A DNA stretch of 64,000 nt from Gemmatimonas sp. (GTDB lineage: Bacteria; Gemmatimonadota; Gemmatimonadetes; Gemmatimonadales; Gemmatimonadaceae), in contig JANNVQ010000054.1 in assembly GCA_031414535.1 (NCBI GenBank), forward strand, positions 64,001-128,000. The letters run 5' to 3'. The notes under the pieces were generated by a model. The model was not told where the DNA came from. It saw nothing but the letters and a program-made list of their open reading frames with translations, and ran no database searches. Shown here one piece after another: positions 17,239 to 26,914 of this stretch. Both the position numbers and the translations under genes were made by a program. Position 1 is the first letter of the stretch, and each line of letters starts with the position of its first letter.

Positions 17239-17839
17239 GCGCAGCCTCGGTCCGGTTCTTCACGCCCAGCTTCTGGTACAGATGCTGCACGTGGAACTTC
17301 ACGGTGTTCTCGGAGAGAGCGAGCCGCGAGGCGATCTGCACGTTGGTGAGTCCTTCCGCCAACAGCGCCCAGACTTCGCGTTCGCGCGCCGTCAGATCCA
17401 TGATGCCGCCGCGAGTGCCTCGCGCCTCTAGCCAACGTCTGGCCGCCTGGGGGAACACCAGCTGTCCGTCTACCACCTGACGAATCGCCGAGAGGGTCTG
17501 CTGAGGCGATGCGGTCTTGAGCGCCAAGCCCTCGGCGCCGGATTCCAGCACGGAGCGAATCGTCTCGCCATCGTGGTAGGCGGTGAGCACCAGCACGCGA
17601 GGCGCATCGGCCATTGAGCGAAGCTCGCCCATGATGTCCGTGGCACGCATACCGCCGAGTTCGTAGTCGAGCACCACGACTTCGGGCGTGTGTTTCTTCA
17701 CGAGGCCAAGCACCTGAGTGCCGTCCGTGGTAGCGGCGACGACCTGCATGTCGCCCTCGTTGTCGACGAGCGCGCGCAGGCCCTCGAGGACGATGCCATG
17801 ATCGTCAGCTAAGACGATGCGAATCTCTCGGTCGTTCAC
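17192..17839 (-). CDS. NarL/LuxR family response regulator
   Basis: IVLADDH, VVVLD, VLVLT, LTAREREV..GLTNVQIA..LSENTVKFH..KLGVKNR. Confidence 0.92.
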   Translation of the reverse strand: MNDREIRIVLADDHGIVLEGLRALVDNEGDMQVVAATTDGTQVLGLVKKHTPEVVVLDYELGGMRATDIMGELRSMADAPRVLVLTAYHDGETIRSVLESGAEGLALKTASPQQTLSAIRQVVDGQLVFPQAARRWLEARGTRGGIMDLTAREREVWALLAEGLTNVQIASRLALSENTVKFHVQHLYQKLGVKNRTEAALRHQGPGGRSGPPRA

Positions 17840-18522
17840 GCTTCCACCGGAACAGAGATGGTGAGCACGGTGCCCTGCCCTGGCTCGGAATCGATTGTCA
17901 GCCGGCCGCCCAGCATCGCGAGGCGATCCTGAATGCCTCGCAGACCGAAGTGTCCGCCTTCGACACCAACATCAGCCTCGCTTGCGAGCACCGTGGGTGA
18001 ATCGAATCCGCGTCCGTTGTCCGTCACCGTCATTCGAATCTCATCTCCGTGGCGTTCTACCGTGACCGTCTGGCGCGTCGCGCCGGCGTGACGATGCCCA
18101 TTCGCGAGCGCCTCCTGCAAGATACGATACAACGCAATCTTCACGGGCAGCGAGCAGTCACCGAGTGATTCGTCGAGCGAACACTCGACGGGCTGATCCG
18201 TCATCGCCTCGTGCTGCACCGCGAGCCCTTCGAGAATGGCTCCCAGCGAGCGACGCTCGAATCCTGGTGGCCTGAACACGCCGATGAGCGTGCGAATCTC
18301 GCCCAGCGCGCGTTCGAGCAGCGCCGCGGCTTGGGCGGAGCGACGGGCGGCCTCGGGAAGATACGAGAGATCCCGCTGCAACAACTGCAGGTGCGACACG
18401 GCCGCAAAGATGTCCTGCACCGGCCCATCGTGCATATCGAGCACGATGCGCTGCAGTTCGCGTTCGCCCGCTGCGAGCAGGCGCCGCGAAGCCTCGCCTG
18501 CCGCGCGGGTGTCCTCAGTCAT
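17836..18522 (-). CDS. HisKA_3-type histidine kinase without sensor domain
   Basis: ELQRIVLDMHDGPVQ H-box, YRILQEALANGHRHA, DNGRGF, GHFGLRGI, GQGT; ATG overlaps upstream stop. Confidence 0.88.
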   Translation of the reverse strand: MTEDTRAAGEASRRLLAAGERELQRIVLDMHDGPVQDIFAAVSHLQLLQRDLSYLPEAARRSAQAAALLERALGEIRTLIGVFRPPGFERRSLGAILEGLAVQHEAMTDQPVECSLDESLGDCSLPVKIALYRILQEALANGHRHAGATRQTVTVERHGDEIRMTVTDNGRGFDSPTVLASEADVGVEGGHFGLRGIQDRLAMLGGRLTIDSEPGQGTVLTISVPVEA

Positions 18523-18911
18523 CAGATTCCGAGCCAGATGGTCATGGCCGCCGCCGCGTACCACATCCAGCCAACGTGGCGGCCGCGGGCCATAAACAGC
18601 GAGAGGGCGGCCAGCGCGGCCAGCACCGCCGCGAGCAGCGTCGTCGTGCTGGTCCACGCGCTGCCGAAGGCCTCGGCGTCGAAGGCGGCCAAGAGCAGGA
18701 CCAGCGCATAGCCCACAAGGGCAATGGTCACGCTGTGCCAAGCCAGCCGCACCGCCTGCCGCGTGGTCGGGTCATCCGCCGCGCGCCGTGATGTCCCGCT
18801 GTCGGACGGATGCCGAAACAAACGGGGGAGAATCACCTTTTCGCCTGTCAGCGCATGCGCCATGGCCGAACCCAGTAGCAGCACACAAGCGGTCATCAAC
18901 CACGCGTTCAT
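18522..18911 (-). CDS. Small multi-pass membrane protein
   Basis: About four hydrophobic helices; coupled to ltaE and to the kinase by overlapping codons. Confidence 0.75.
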   Translation of the reverse strand: MNAWLMTACVLLLGSAMAHALTGEKVILPRLFRHPSDSGTSRRAADDPTTRQAVRLAWHSVTIALVGYALVLLLAAFDAEAFGSAWTSTTTLLAAVLAALAALSLFMARGRHVGWMWYAAAAMTIWLGI

Positions 18912-19921
18912 TGGAGAAGCTCCTGAAGGCGAGCGACGGCCGTGGCGCAGGCGGCATCGTCAACGTCCAGATGCAGGACCGCACGGACCCGTGTCGCACT
19001 CCAAGGACTGACGAGCACCCCGGCCTCTCGGGCACGCGCTGTTACCGTGACCGCGTCGAGCCGCGACGGCAAATCCACCATCACGATGTTGCTGTCCGGC
19101 TTCACCACGCTAAGGTCAGCGATCGTCGCGAGGCCGGCGGCGAGTTGCTTCGCACGCCGATGGTCCTCGTGTAGCCGAGGCAAATTGTGTTCGAGGCCGT
19201 GGAGCGCCGCTGCGGCGAGGATGCCGGATTGCCGCATGCCGCCACCGAAGCGCTTTCGCGTTTCCCAGGCCTTGGCCATCACCTTTTCGTCGCCAACGAG
19301 CACGGCACCGACTGGCGCGCCAAGACCCTTGGAGAACGAAAGCATCACGGAATCGGCGCAGGCCGCGAAGTCAGCGAGCGCCGTACCCGTGGCCACGTGG
19401 GCATTCCACAGGCGCGCGCCATCGAGGTGCAGCGGAAGCCCAGCGTCGGAGGCCACGCGCCGAATCTCCTGCAGCTTGGCCAATGGCGTCACCATTCCGC
19501 CGGCACCGTTGTGCGTATTCTCGGCGCATACGAGCGATGCGCGCGGCGCGTGTGGCGATGCAGGGCGCAGCATGGCACGCAGGGCATCGGGCTCCAGCAC
19601 CGGCGCACCCCGCACCAAGCGCGGTTGTAAGCCAATGAGTCCGGCCGTGCCAGCGAGTTCCCAGTTCACGATATGCGAGTCTTCGTGGCAATACACCTCG
19701 GTGCCACGCTCACCGAGCAGCCAGAGGGCCGCTTGATTGGCCATGGTGCCCGTCGGGAAAAACAGCCCACGCGCCTTTCCCAGCATGCGGGCCACGGTCT
19801 CCTCGAGGCGCCGCACCGTTGGGTCACCGTCGAGGACATCATCGCCAACCTCGGCGTCGGCCATGGCGCGGCGCATTGCGAGGCTTGGACGCGTGACGGT
19901 GTCGGAGCGGAGGTCGATCAT
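18908..19921 (-). CDS. ltaE: Low-specificity L-threonine aldolase
   Basis: MIDLRSDTVT, VGDDV, PTGTMANQ, ENTHN, HLDGARLWNA, SFSKGLGAPVG, GGGMRQSG. Confidence 0.93.
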   Translation of the reverse strand: MIDLRSDTVTRPSLAMRRAMADAEVGDDVLDGDPTVRRLEETVARMLGKARGLFFPTGTMANQAALWLLGERGTEVYCHEDSHIVNWELAGTAGLIGLQPRLVRGAPVLEPDALRAMLRPASPHAPRASLVCAENTHNGAGGMVTPLAKLQEIRRVASDAGLPLHLDGARLWNAHVATGTALADFAACADSVMLSFSKGLGAPVGAVLVGDEKVMAKAWETRKRFGGGMRQSGILAAAALHGLEHNLPRLHEDHRRAKQLAAGLATIADLSVVKPDSNIVMVDLPSRLDAVTVTARAREAGVLVSPWSATRVRAVLHLDVDDAACATAVARLQELLQ

Positions 19922-19930
19922 GGGTTTGGA

Positions 19931-19965
19931 GACGGAAGACGGAAGACGGATGACGGAAGACGGAA
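19931..19965. repeat. Heptamer tandem repeat (GACGGAW)x5
   Basis: GACGGAA GACGGAA GACGGAT GACGGAA GACGGAA. Confidence 0.9.
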
Positions 19966-19993
19966 GAAACCAGCCGCCGACGGCGCGGCAAAA

Positions 19994-20851
19994 CTACGCG
20001 GCAGACTTCGCAGCGAGTTCGAGCTCTTCCTTCGTACCAGCGGCAACCTGAGCGCCTAGCACGAAAATCAACGCCGCGTAGTAGGACCAGAAGACTACTA
20101 CGATGATGGCGCCGAGTGTGCCGGAGTACACCGACGTGGGCGGAAAATTGGCCATGAAAATGCCAAAGAGCCAACGCGCGAGATCGAACATCAGCGCGGC
20201 TGTCACGCCACCGGCAATGGTGGGAACCCACTCTGTCTTCTTCTTAGGCAGCCAGCGATACAGCGAACCAAAGATCGCGACGACCACAGCGAAGGCAATG
20301 AGGCGACCAAGGAGCAATTCTAGGCCGCTGAGCACTCCTTCACGCGCGCCAAGATCCGTCAGGGCCTGACCGATGCGACCGCTGGAGATGGTCAGGAAGG
20401 ACTGCAGACCCACCCAGACCACCGTCAAGGCGACGGTGAGCACCGAGAGCGTGATATCCCAAGCGATGCCAAGGAACACCGTGCGGTCGCGCTCATGCGC
20501 GAACACGGTCTTCATCACGCTGCGCAGGGACCCGAAGAGACGCACCGAGAACCACAGAAAGCCGAGGGTTCCGCCGATACCGAACACGGCGCGCGTGCGC
20601 TCGACGTCCGCGAGCACCGGGTCGAGCATGGAACCCTCCACGCCCATCACATGCGGCAGCACACGCTCCATCACGCCCTGCACGGTGTTGGTAGCGGCGA
20701 CGGGTGATTGGTCCAGCAGGTAGCCGAGTGCCGCAGACAGCATGAGCACAAACGGAACACCGGCGAGGAGGATACTGAAGGCCACCCCGCCGGCAAGAAA
20801 TCCTACGTTGACATTGACGATGTCGCGCCAGACGCGGCGCACAACGCCCAC
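19994..20851 (-). CDS. YihY/BrkB family membrane protein
   Basis: LAGGVAFSILL..PF, multiple TM helices, LYRWLP, VYSGTLGAIIVVVFWSYYAALIFVLGA. Confidence 0.85.
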   Translation of the reverse strand: MGVVRRVWRDIVNVNVGFLAGGVAFSILLAGVPFVLMLSAALGYLLDQSPVAATNTVQGVMERVLPHVMGVEGSMLDPVLADVERTRAVFGIGGTLGFLWFSVRLFGSLRSVMKTVFAHERDRTVFLGIAWDITLSVLTVALTVVWVGLQSFLTISSGRIGQALTDLGAREGVLSGLELLLGRLIAFAVVVAIFGSLYRWLPKKKTEWVPTIAGGVTAALMFDLARWLFGIFMANFPPTSVYSGTLGAIIVVVFWSYYAALIFVLGAQVAAGTKEELELAAKSAA

Positions 20852-20862
20852 TGCGAGGCTAA

Positions 20863-21192
20863 TCAGACGCCGTCATCCTCATGATCGGTACTCGCCTCGC
20901 GATGCCGGGCGAGGCGACCCTCAAGCGCCGACCGTGCATCCTTCACGGCGCTGCGGCCCTGTTGCTTGAGATCGTCCACCACCTCGCCGCTCTGGTCCAC
21001 GATATCGCGGGCCTTCCGCTTCAGGCGCCGGGCACCGCGGCGCAAATCGGCGCGTGTCTCTTCCCCCGACTGAGGGGCGAAGAGGAGCGCCACGCCAGCA
21101 CCGATTGCCGCGCCGAGGAGAAACATGGCGACGCCCGTACCGGCACCGCCGCCGCGTCGTTCGATGACGACAGACTCATCACGATCAGACAT
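20863..21192 (-). CDS. YtxH domain protein
   Basis: FLLGAAIGAGVALLFAPQSGEETR motif. Confidence 0.88.
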   Translation of the reverse strand: MSDRDESVVIERRGGGAGTGVAMFLLGAAIGAGVALLFAPQSGEETRADLRRGARRLKRKARDIVDQSGEVVDDLKQQGRSAVKDARSALEGRLARHREASTDHEDDGV

Positions 21193-21222
21193 CTCGCCTC
21201 CTTAAGAATCGGGACCAACACT

Positions 21223-22101
21223 TTAGTTCTCGACGAGTACCAAGAAGCGCGAGGTGCGCCAGAAGGCCGTCGGGTTCGCGATGCGGATGGTTCCCTTGAA
21301 CTTGCCGTCAGTGGGCGCAGCGTCCAGCCCCGTGAGGTCATTAGGGGAAACAATGCGGTAGGTCTTGTTGGCATTCGGTAGGGTGAGCTCCACCATCTGC
21401 CGGCGATCACCAGCCGTGAACTCTTCGGCGTTGAGCGTGCGTGAGATTACCGTGGTGCGCCCAATCCCGAGCATGCCGCCGCGACGCTCGATGACGCCGC
21501 GACGCAGCAAGTCCTCCTGCGTGCCAGACACCCAGTACACGGTGTTCTGCTCCACCACCAGCGCGTCCTTATCGGCGCGGAGCGCCTGGCCCTCGACGGC
21601 GAGCTGCGTGTTCTGCTCGCGCAACTCCCGATTCTGTGCCGTGAGCGCCGTGACCTGCTCCACAAGGCCAGCAATCTCCTGCTTCTGCTGGTCCACGAGC
21701 GACTGGAAGGCCGCGACGGTCGAATCGAAGCGCGACGTAAGCGCCTCATTGCCAGCCGTGAGAGCCGCGATGCGGCGACGACTCTGCGCCATCCGGTCCT
21801 CGGCCGTCTTCACGCGGGCGGTCAGTTCCTGCACCCGCGCCAGGAGCTGCGTTCGGGCTTCGGTGGGCGAGAGTTGCTCCATCTCGCCGTCGCGCGCCTG
21901 CACGGGCTGGCCGGTCCGCACCTTGTCAATCTCGCCGTTCACGTCCGAAATGAACCGCTGCGTGGAGACCACTTCGGTGAGCAGGGAATCCTTCTCTGCC
22001 GAAAGCGCAGCCGCTTGGGCTAACTGGCGATCGTACTCCGACTTGGAAACGCAGGCCGACGCGACAACCGCGACGGCCAGCAGCATCAGTGTTTTGCGCA
22101 T
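21223..22101 (-). CDS. Coiled-coil lipoprotein (resembles Bacteroidota Cbp1-like proteins)
   Basis: Lipobox VASA-C, long heptad region, C-terminal NTVYWVSGT...NPTAFWRTSRFLVLV; family assignment from memory. Confidence 0.65.
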   Translation of the reverse strand: MRKTLMLLAVAVVASACVSKSEYDRQLAQAAALSAEKDSLLTEVVSTQRFISDVNGEIDKVRTGQPVQARDGEMEQLSPTEARTQLLARVQELTARVKTAEDRMAQSRRRIAALTAGNEALTSRFDSTVAAFQSLVDQQKQEIAGLVEQVTALTAQNRELREQNTQLAVEGQALRADKDALVVEQNTVYWVSGTQEDLLRRGVIERRGGMLGIGRTTVISRTLNAEEFTAGDRRQMVELTLPNANKTYRIVSPNDLTGLDAAPTDGKFKGTIRIANPTAFWRTSRFLVLVEN

Positions 22102-22138
22102 CGTGCATATCCTGTGTGGGGGAGTAATGCTCGCGGGC

Positions 22139-23557
22139 CTATTCGCCCGCGTCTGGATCGTCTGGCGCTGCCTCGACGGCAGGGCCAGCCCCGGGGGCAG
22201 GTCGCTCAATAGCCGGTCCTTTGACATACCTACGCACCCCCTCCGCTGTTCCACCCACGGCAAGCTTTTCAAACAAAAAGGTGAACTTTTCATCGTACGC
22301 TAATGCCAGCGTCTGCTTCACATCGGCGCTCAAGTCCCAGAGCTTCCGCTTGAACGGACCGAGCGCCTTCTTGCGGGTCTTGTAGAAGAACTGTTCGTCC
22401 GTGTCGCCGGCCTTCCGCTCCTCCGCCGCATTCACGCGGAGCCACGCATACATCTCCTCGCGCAAAGCCGTCGGGAGATGATCGTAGAGCATGTTTTGGA
22501 AGCCCGTGGCGAGATGGATCTCCGCCGTCTCGGTCCGCGGGAAGTGGAAGAAGGCGTCATCGGGAAGCGTGGATGCGCCGTGCTGCACCGCGCCGCTCAA
22601 GCCGTACTTCTTGCGCGCCACACGCGAGAGATCCTCAAGCGTCTGAAAGTCCAAGGCCACGTCTGCGATGGAGCCGTCGGCGAGCACCACACCACCGTGC
22701 GAGGTCCCAGATTGTACGGAAATCTTGCTCAACCCCACCATGCCCTTGGACTTGGCCGCGAGCGTGCGGTTATAGCCGTCCATGAACGCCTCAAGCTCGG
22801 GCACGGTGGAATTCTCCGTGCCCACTTCGCCAATCTCGCCGCCGAGCGAGATGGTCACACCGTTGGGCTCCAGCGAGCGAACGTACTGAGTGAGCTCCAC
22901 CGCCGTCTCGAAGTTGAGGCGCTGCTGCTCATCGAGCGTGGGGTGCGCCAACTCCACGAGCGTGGACGTGTCAATGTCGATGTTGTAGAACCCGGCGGAG
23001 ATGGCCTCGAGCGCGAGCTGCTTCACCGCGCCGACCTCCGCCTTGGGGTCCACCTTGTACTTCTTGGCGTTGACCTGAAAGTGGTCGCCCTGAATGAACA
23101 CTGGACCGCGGTGTCCTTCGCGGAGCGCGGCGGCAACCATCACGGCCACGTATTCCGATGGGCGCTGCTCGGTGTAGGCAATCTCGGAGCGTGCGATCTC
23201 GAGGATGAACGCGCCACCCTTGAGCTTGGCAGCCGTGCGGAAAATTGAGCGTGCGGTGTCGTACGAGGCACCGCGAATGTTCATCGCTGGCACGGTCACT
23301 GGCGGCACATCGCCGCGGCCGCGGGCCATATAGAAGTCTTGAATGGACGCCGAGAACGTACCCACAGCGCGCCCGCACTCGGAGATGGCCCAACGGGCCC
23401 AGTCCTGCTCGTCGCTGTCACCGAACACAGCGAGACGCACGAGCGCGTCCATCACCGGGCCGGCGAGCGCGGCCTCATCCTCGAGAGCGAGCTTGCCGTC
23501 GCGAATCGAAGCGGCAGGCCCAAGGGCGGATAGGACGGAAGGCGGCGCGGATGTCAT
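22139..23557 (-). CDS. Class II fructose-bisphosphate aldolase family protein
   Basis: VPAMNIR, FIQGDH, DIDTS, GGEIGEVG, VQSGTSHGG, AVQHGASTLP, EIHLATGFQN. Confidence 0.82.
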   Translation of the reverse strand: MTSAPPSVLSALGPAASIRDGKLALEDEAALAGPVMDALVRLAVFGDSDEQDWARWAISECGRAVGTFSASIQDFYMARGRGDVPPVTVPAMNIRGASYDTARSIFRTAAKLKGGAFILEIARSEIAYTEQRPSEYVAVMVAAALREGHRGPVFIQGDHFQVNAKKYKVDPKAEVGAVKQLALEAISAGFYNIDIDTSTLVELAHPTLDEQQRLNFETAVELTQYVRSLEPNGVTISLGGEIGEVGTENSTVPELEAFMDGYNRTLAAKSKGMVGLSKISVQSGTSHGGVVLADGSIADVALDFQTLEDLSRVARKKYGLSGAVQHGASTLPDDAFFHFPRTETAEIHLATGFQNMLYDHLPTALREEMYAWLRVNAAEERKAGDTDEQFFYKTRKKALGPFKRKLWDLSADVKQTLALAYDEKFTFLFEKLAVGGTAEGVRRYVKGPAIERPAPGAGPAVEAAPDDPDAGE

Positions 23558-23654
23558 TGCGGATTGGAAAATGGGAGCGGCGGCTCCAAGTGGAGTGCGA
23601 GGCTGGCGGTAGCAGGGTGAAAGTTGCCCGCCGAGTGCCTCGAAGGCAACGCGC

Positions 23655-23670
23655 CGGCACACCTCGTGCA
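23655..23670 (+). promoter_or_regulatory. Possible sigma54 promoter for the hybrid kinase
   Basis: CGGCACACCTCGTGCA has GG-N10-GC spacing but several mismatches to consensus; 54 nt before ATG 23724. Confidence 0.35.
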
Positions 23671-23723
23671 TTGGTGACCGATACCGTATGCTACGGACAG
23701 CAGGTTCCCCCCGGCATGCTTAA

Positions 23724-26700
23724 ATGACCCCACACGGCAGTCCGCAGTCCCGAGGTGGCGTTGGCCCGCGCGGCTGGTGGCGCGACGTCGCGCTGGTCAT
23801 GGTGATTGCGTTCGTTGCGGAGCGCATCCTGCACGAGGCAGTTGGTGCCGTCAACTTGCCAAGCGGGCTCAGTGGGTGGGCGGACGCGCTCGCCCTCGTA
23901 CTCATTCTTGGACCGTTGCTCAGCTGGATTCTCCATCGGCGCGCATTGGAAGCCAAGCTTGCGGTGCGCCATGGGTCGCTGGAAACATTGCCGCGCAGTC
24001 CACATCGCTCGGTGCGCATCGCTGTCTTGGCATCGCTTGCGGTTCTAGTGTCGATGTCCCTGCTAGCATTGGCGTTAGAACGGGGGTCCCTGCGCAGCGC
24101 GGGTGCCGCCGCGGAATTGGTCAACGAAGCGGGGCGGCAACGGTATCTGAGCCAAGTGATTGCGCGGCTGGCGCCCCTCTCCGTCACGGACGCCTCGGCG
24201 CAGCTGGCACTGCGGGAGGCCATTGAGAGGTTCTCCCGCGCCGTCGCGACCTCGGATTCTCTGCGGGCCGAGTGGTTAGGCGCCCCGGCGGTATCGGACT
24301 ACTCCGCGGAGGCCAGCCGTGCCCGCGCAGCCTTCATCGCACTGATGGCGGCGCCGCCTCGCGATGCCACGGAGGCCCAGGCGCTTGCGGCTGCAGCCGA
24401 CCGATTTCTCGGGCCGCAAGATCGGTACGTCGCGCGCATCGGGGCCCTGACGCGCGGCGAATTGGAACACTTGGGCGAGGCGCAGGGTCGGTTTGCGTGG
24501 GCCATCCTCGTGCTCTTCATCGGCATCGCCTTGGTGGTGGTGGAACCCGCGGTGCGACTCCTGGAGCGCCAGCACCGGGCCAACGGCGCCATGGGCCGCG
24601 AGTATGAACGGCTCGCCCTGGTTGCCCAGCGCACCAGTAATGCCGTCGTGATGACCAGTCCCGCGCGTCAAATCACCTGGGTGAACGCGGCGTTCACCGA
24701 GTTGACGGGATTCTCGCTCGACGAGGCGCAGGGCAAAAGTCCAGGGACCTTGCTGCAAGGGCCTGGCACCGACCCCGCGACGATTGCCCAAGTGCGCGAG
24801 GCGCTGGATGCCGAGCGCTCGGTGCGTACCGTGCTGCTCAACTATGCCAAGGACGGAACGCAGTATTGGCTCGACATGAGCATCGAACCGCTGCGGGACG
24901 CGTCGGGCACTTTGACGGGCTTCATGTCCGTGGAGTCGGATGTCACGCGGCTCATTGAAACGCAGCAGGCGCTGGAGCGCGAGCGCGCGGAGTTGCACCG
25001 CCTCGCCGCCCAAGCGGAGGAGGCGCAGCGCGTCGCGCGCATCGGGAACTGGGAGTACGATCTCGAAACGGGCAGCGTGGATTGGTCCTTGGGCATCCAC
25101 CTGCTCTTCGGGCGGGACCCGGCACTTGGCCCGCCAACCTTTGAGGAGATGCTGGCGGGTTACGCGCCGCAAGGCGCCGACGAACTCCGCGCGGCGATTG
25201 CCACGACGGCGGCAAGTGGCGAGCCGTACTCACTGATTCTTCGCACCGCGTCCAGCAATCCAGACGTGCGTTTTGTTCGCGGCATTGGTCATGTGCGTCG
25301 TGGACCGGAGGGGCGCGCCACTGCGCTCTATGGCACGGTGGCCGACCTGACGGCTCCGGTCGAGCTCCAGGCGCAGTTGGAGACAGCGCGGCGGAGCGCG
25401 GAGGCGGCGAGCCTCAGCAAGAGCGAGTTTCTGGCGAACATGAGTCACGAGATCCGCACGCCCCTGACCGTGATCATGGGCTTTGCCGATGTCCTCCGCG
25501 ACCGCGCCTTGCTCTCGCCCGACGGCGCCGCGCAACTCGAAACCATCGCGACAATCCAACGGGCGGGCGAACACCTCATCCGTGTCATTAACGACATTCT
25601 CGACATCTCCAAGATTGAAGCCGGTCGGATGGAAGTCGAGCGGGTGGATACCGACGTGTCGGCGCTATTTCGCGACGTGGAAAGCCTGATCAGGCCGCGC
25701 GCGCTCGGGAAAGGCATTGACCTCACCCTTGCCGTCTTAACGCCACTGCCGGCGCAGATACTCACCGACCCCACTCGCTTGCGTCAGATTCTGATGAACC
25801 TCGTCGGGAACGCCGTGAAGTTCACCGAGACGGGCGGCGTCACCCTCGACGTCTCGGTCGTGGGGAGTGATGCGGCGCGCCTCTTCGTGGTCGGCGTGGA
25901 AGACAGCGGCATCGGCATGACCCCGGAACAGGCGAGCGCGCTGTTTGTTCCCTTCTCGCAGGCCGATACATCGGTCACGCGGCGATTTGGCGGCACCGGG
26001 CTGGGCCTAACCATCTCACGGCGCCTCGCCGCGCTGATGGGTGGCACCGTGGAACTGGTGCGAAGCGCACCCGGACGTGGCTCTCGGTTCGAACTTCGAC
26101 TTCCCCTCCAGCCGGGGGAGGACGGGGGAGAAATCTCGGAGTTCAGTTCTGCGGTGAGTCAGTCGCTGAGCGCGGCGATTGCGCTCGATGCATTGGCGGG
26201 GCGCCGCGTGCTGCTCGCCGAGGATGGCCCCGACAATCAAGTGCTGATCTCGCTCCTGCTCGAATCGGTTGGGGCGACGGTCGTGCTGGCGGCGAACGGG
26301 CGCATTGCATTGGACATCGCGTCGCAGACGGAGCCGCCGGGAGCGGCCTTTGACCTCGTCCTCACCGACATGCAGATGCCGGAGATGGATGGCTACACCT
26401 TAGCGCGGCAACTTCGGGCCCGCGGCAGCGATGTCCCCATCATCGCGTTGACGGCAAACGCCATGGCTGAGGACCGGGCGCGTTGCCTCGACGCGGGGTG
26501 CTCCGATTACGCTACCAAACCGATTGATCGCGCGGTGCTCGTGCAGACCTGTGCGCGCTGGGCGACCACGCACGCCAGAGGACAGCTTGAGCATCGGCTG
26601 CCGCAAAAGATGGTCAGCGCGCACGCGGGACACCGACTGCTCGGAAAACTGTCGCGCGACTTCGCCGAGGCGCTTCCCGCGCGCGTGCGCACGATTACCG

Positions 26701-26903
26701 AGCGTCTTTCCTCCAACGATGCCGCCGCCGCACAAAGCCTCGCCCACCAACTACGCGGCGCCGGGGGAAGCTTTGGATTCCCGCTCATCAGCACCGTCGC
26801 CGGCGCACTTGAGGACGCGCTCATCGCGGGCGATGGCGCAGCCGCCGCTCGTGCGGTAAGTGACCTCGCCGCGCTCGCCGAAGCTGCCGAACGCGGACTC
26901 TGA
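23724..26903 (+). CDS. Hybrid sensor kinase (PilJ/NarX-like sensor, PAS x2, HisKA, HATPase, REC, Hpt)
   Basis: LVNEAGRQRYLSQ, PAS (WVNAAFTELTGF..NYAKDG), FLANMSHEIRTP, NLVGNAVKFT, GGTGLGL, LLAEDGPDNQ..DMQMP, AHQLRGAGGSFG. Confidence 0.92.
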   Translation: MTPHGSPQSRGGVGPRGWWRDVALVMVIAFVAERILHEAVGAVNLPSGLSGWADALALVLILGPLLSWILHRRALEAKLAVRHGSLETLPRSPHRSVRIAVLASLAVLVSMSLLALALERGSLRSAGAAAELVNEAGRQRYLSQVIARLAPLSVTDASAQLALREAIERFSRAVATSDSLRAEWLGAPAVSDYSAEASRARAAFIALMAAPPRDATEAQALAAAADRFLGPQDRYVARIGALTRGELEHLGEAQGRFAWAILVLFIGIALVVVEPAVRLLERQHRANGAMGREYERLALVAQRTSNAVVMTSPARQITWVNAAFTELTGFSLDEAQGKSPGTLLQGPGTDPATIAQVREALDAERSVRTVLLNYAKDGTQYWLDMSIEPLRDASGTLTGFMSVESDVTRLIETQQALERERAELHRLAAQAEEAQRVARIGNWEYDLETGSVDWSLGIHLLFGRDPALGPPTFEEMLAGYAPQGADELRAAIATTAASGEPYSLILRTASSNPDVRFVRGIGHVRRGPEGRATALYGTVADLTAPVELQAQLETARRSAEAASLSKSEFLANMSHEIRTPLTVIMGFADVLRDRALLSPDGAAQLETIATIQRAGEHLIRVINDILDISKIEAGRMEVERVDTDVSALFRDVESLIRPRALGKGIDLTLAVLTPLPAQILTDPTRLRQILMNLVGNAVKFTETGGVTLDVSVVGSDAARLFVVGVEDSGIGMTPEQASALFVPFSQADTSVTRRFGGTGLGLTISRRLAALMGGTVELVRSAPGRGSRFELRLPLQPGEDGGEISEFSSAVSQSLSAAIALDALAGRRVLLAEDGPDNQVLISLLLESVGATVVLAANGRIALDIASQTEPPGAAFDLVLTDMQMPEMDGYTLARQLRARGSDVPIIALTANAMAEDRARCLDAGCSDYATKPIDRAVLVQTCARWATTHARGQLEHRLPQKMVSAHAGHRLLGKLSRDFAEALPARVRTITERLSSNDAAAAQSLAHQLRGAGGSFGFPLISTVAGALEDALIAGDGAAAARAVSDLAALAEAAERGL

Positions 26904-26914
26904 AATCGGTTGCG

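Noticed and set aside
19931..19965. Heptamer arrays or the 15717-15945 element as CRISPR
   Set aside because: No 23-47 nt repeats with unique spacers and no cas genes
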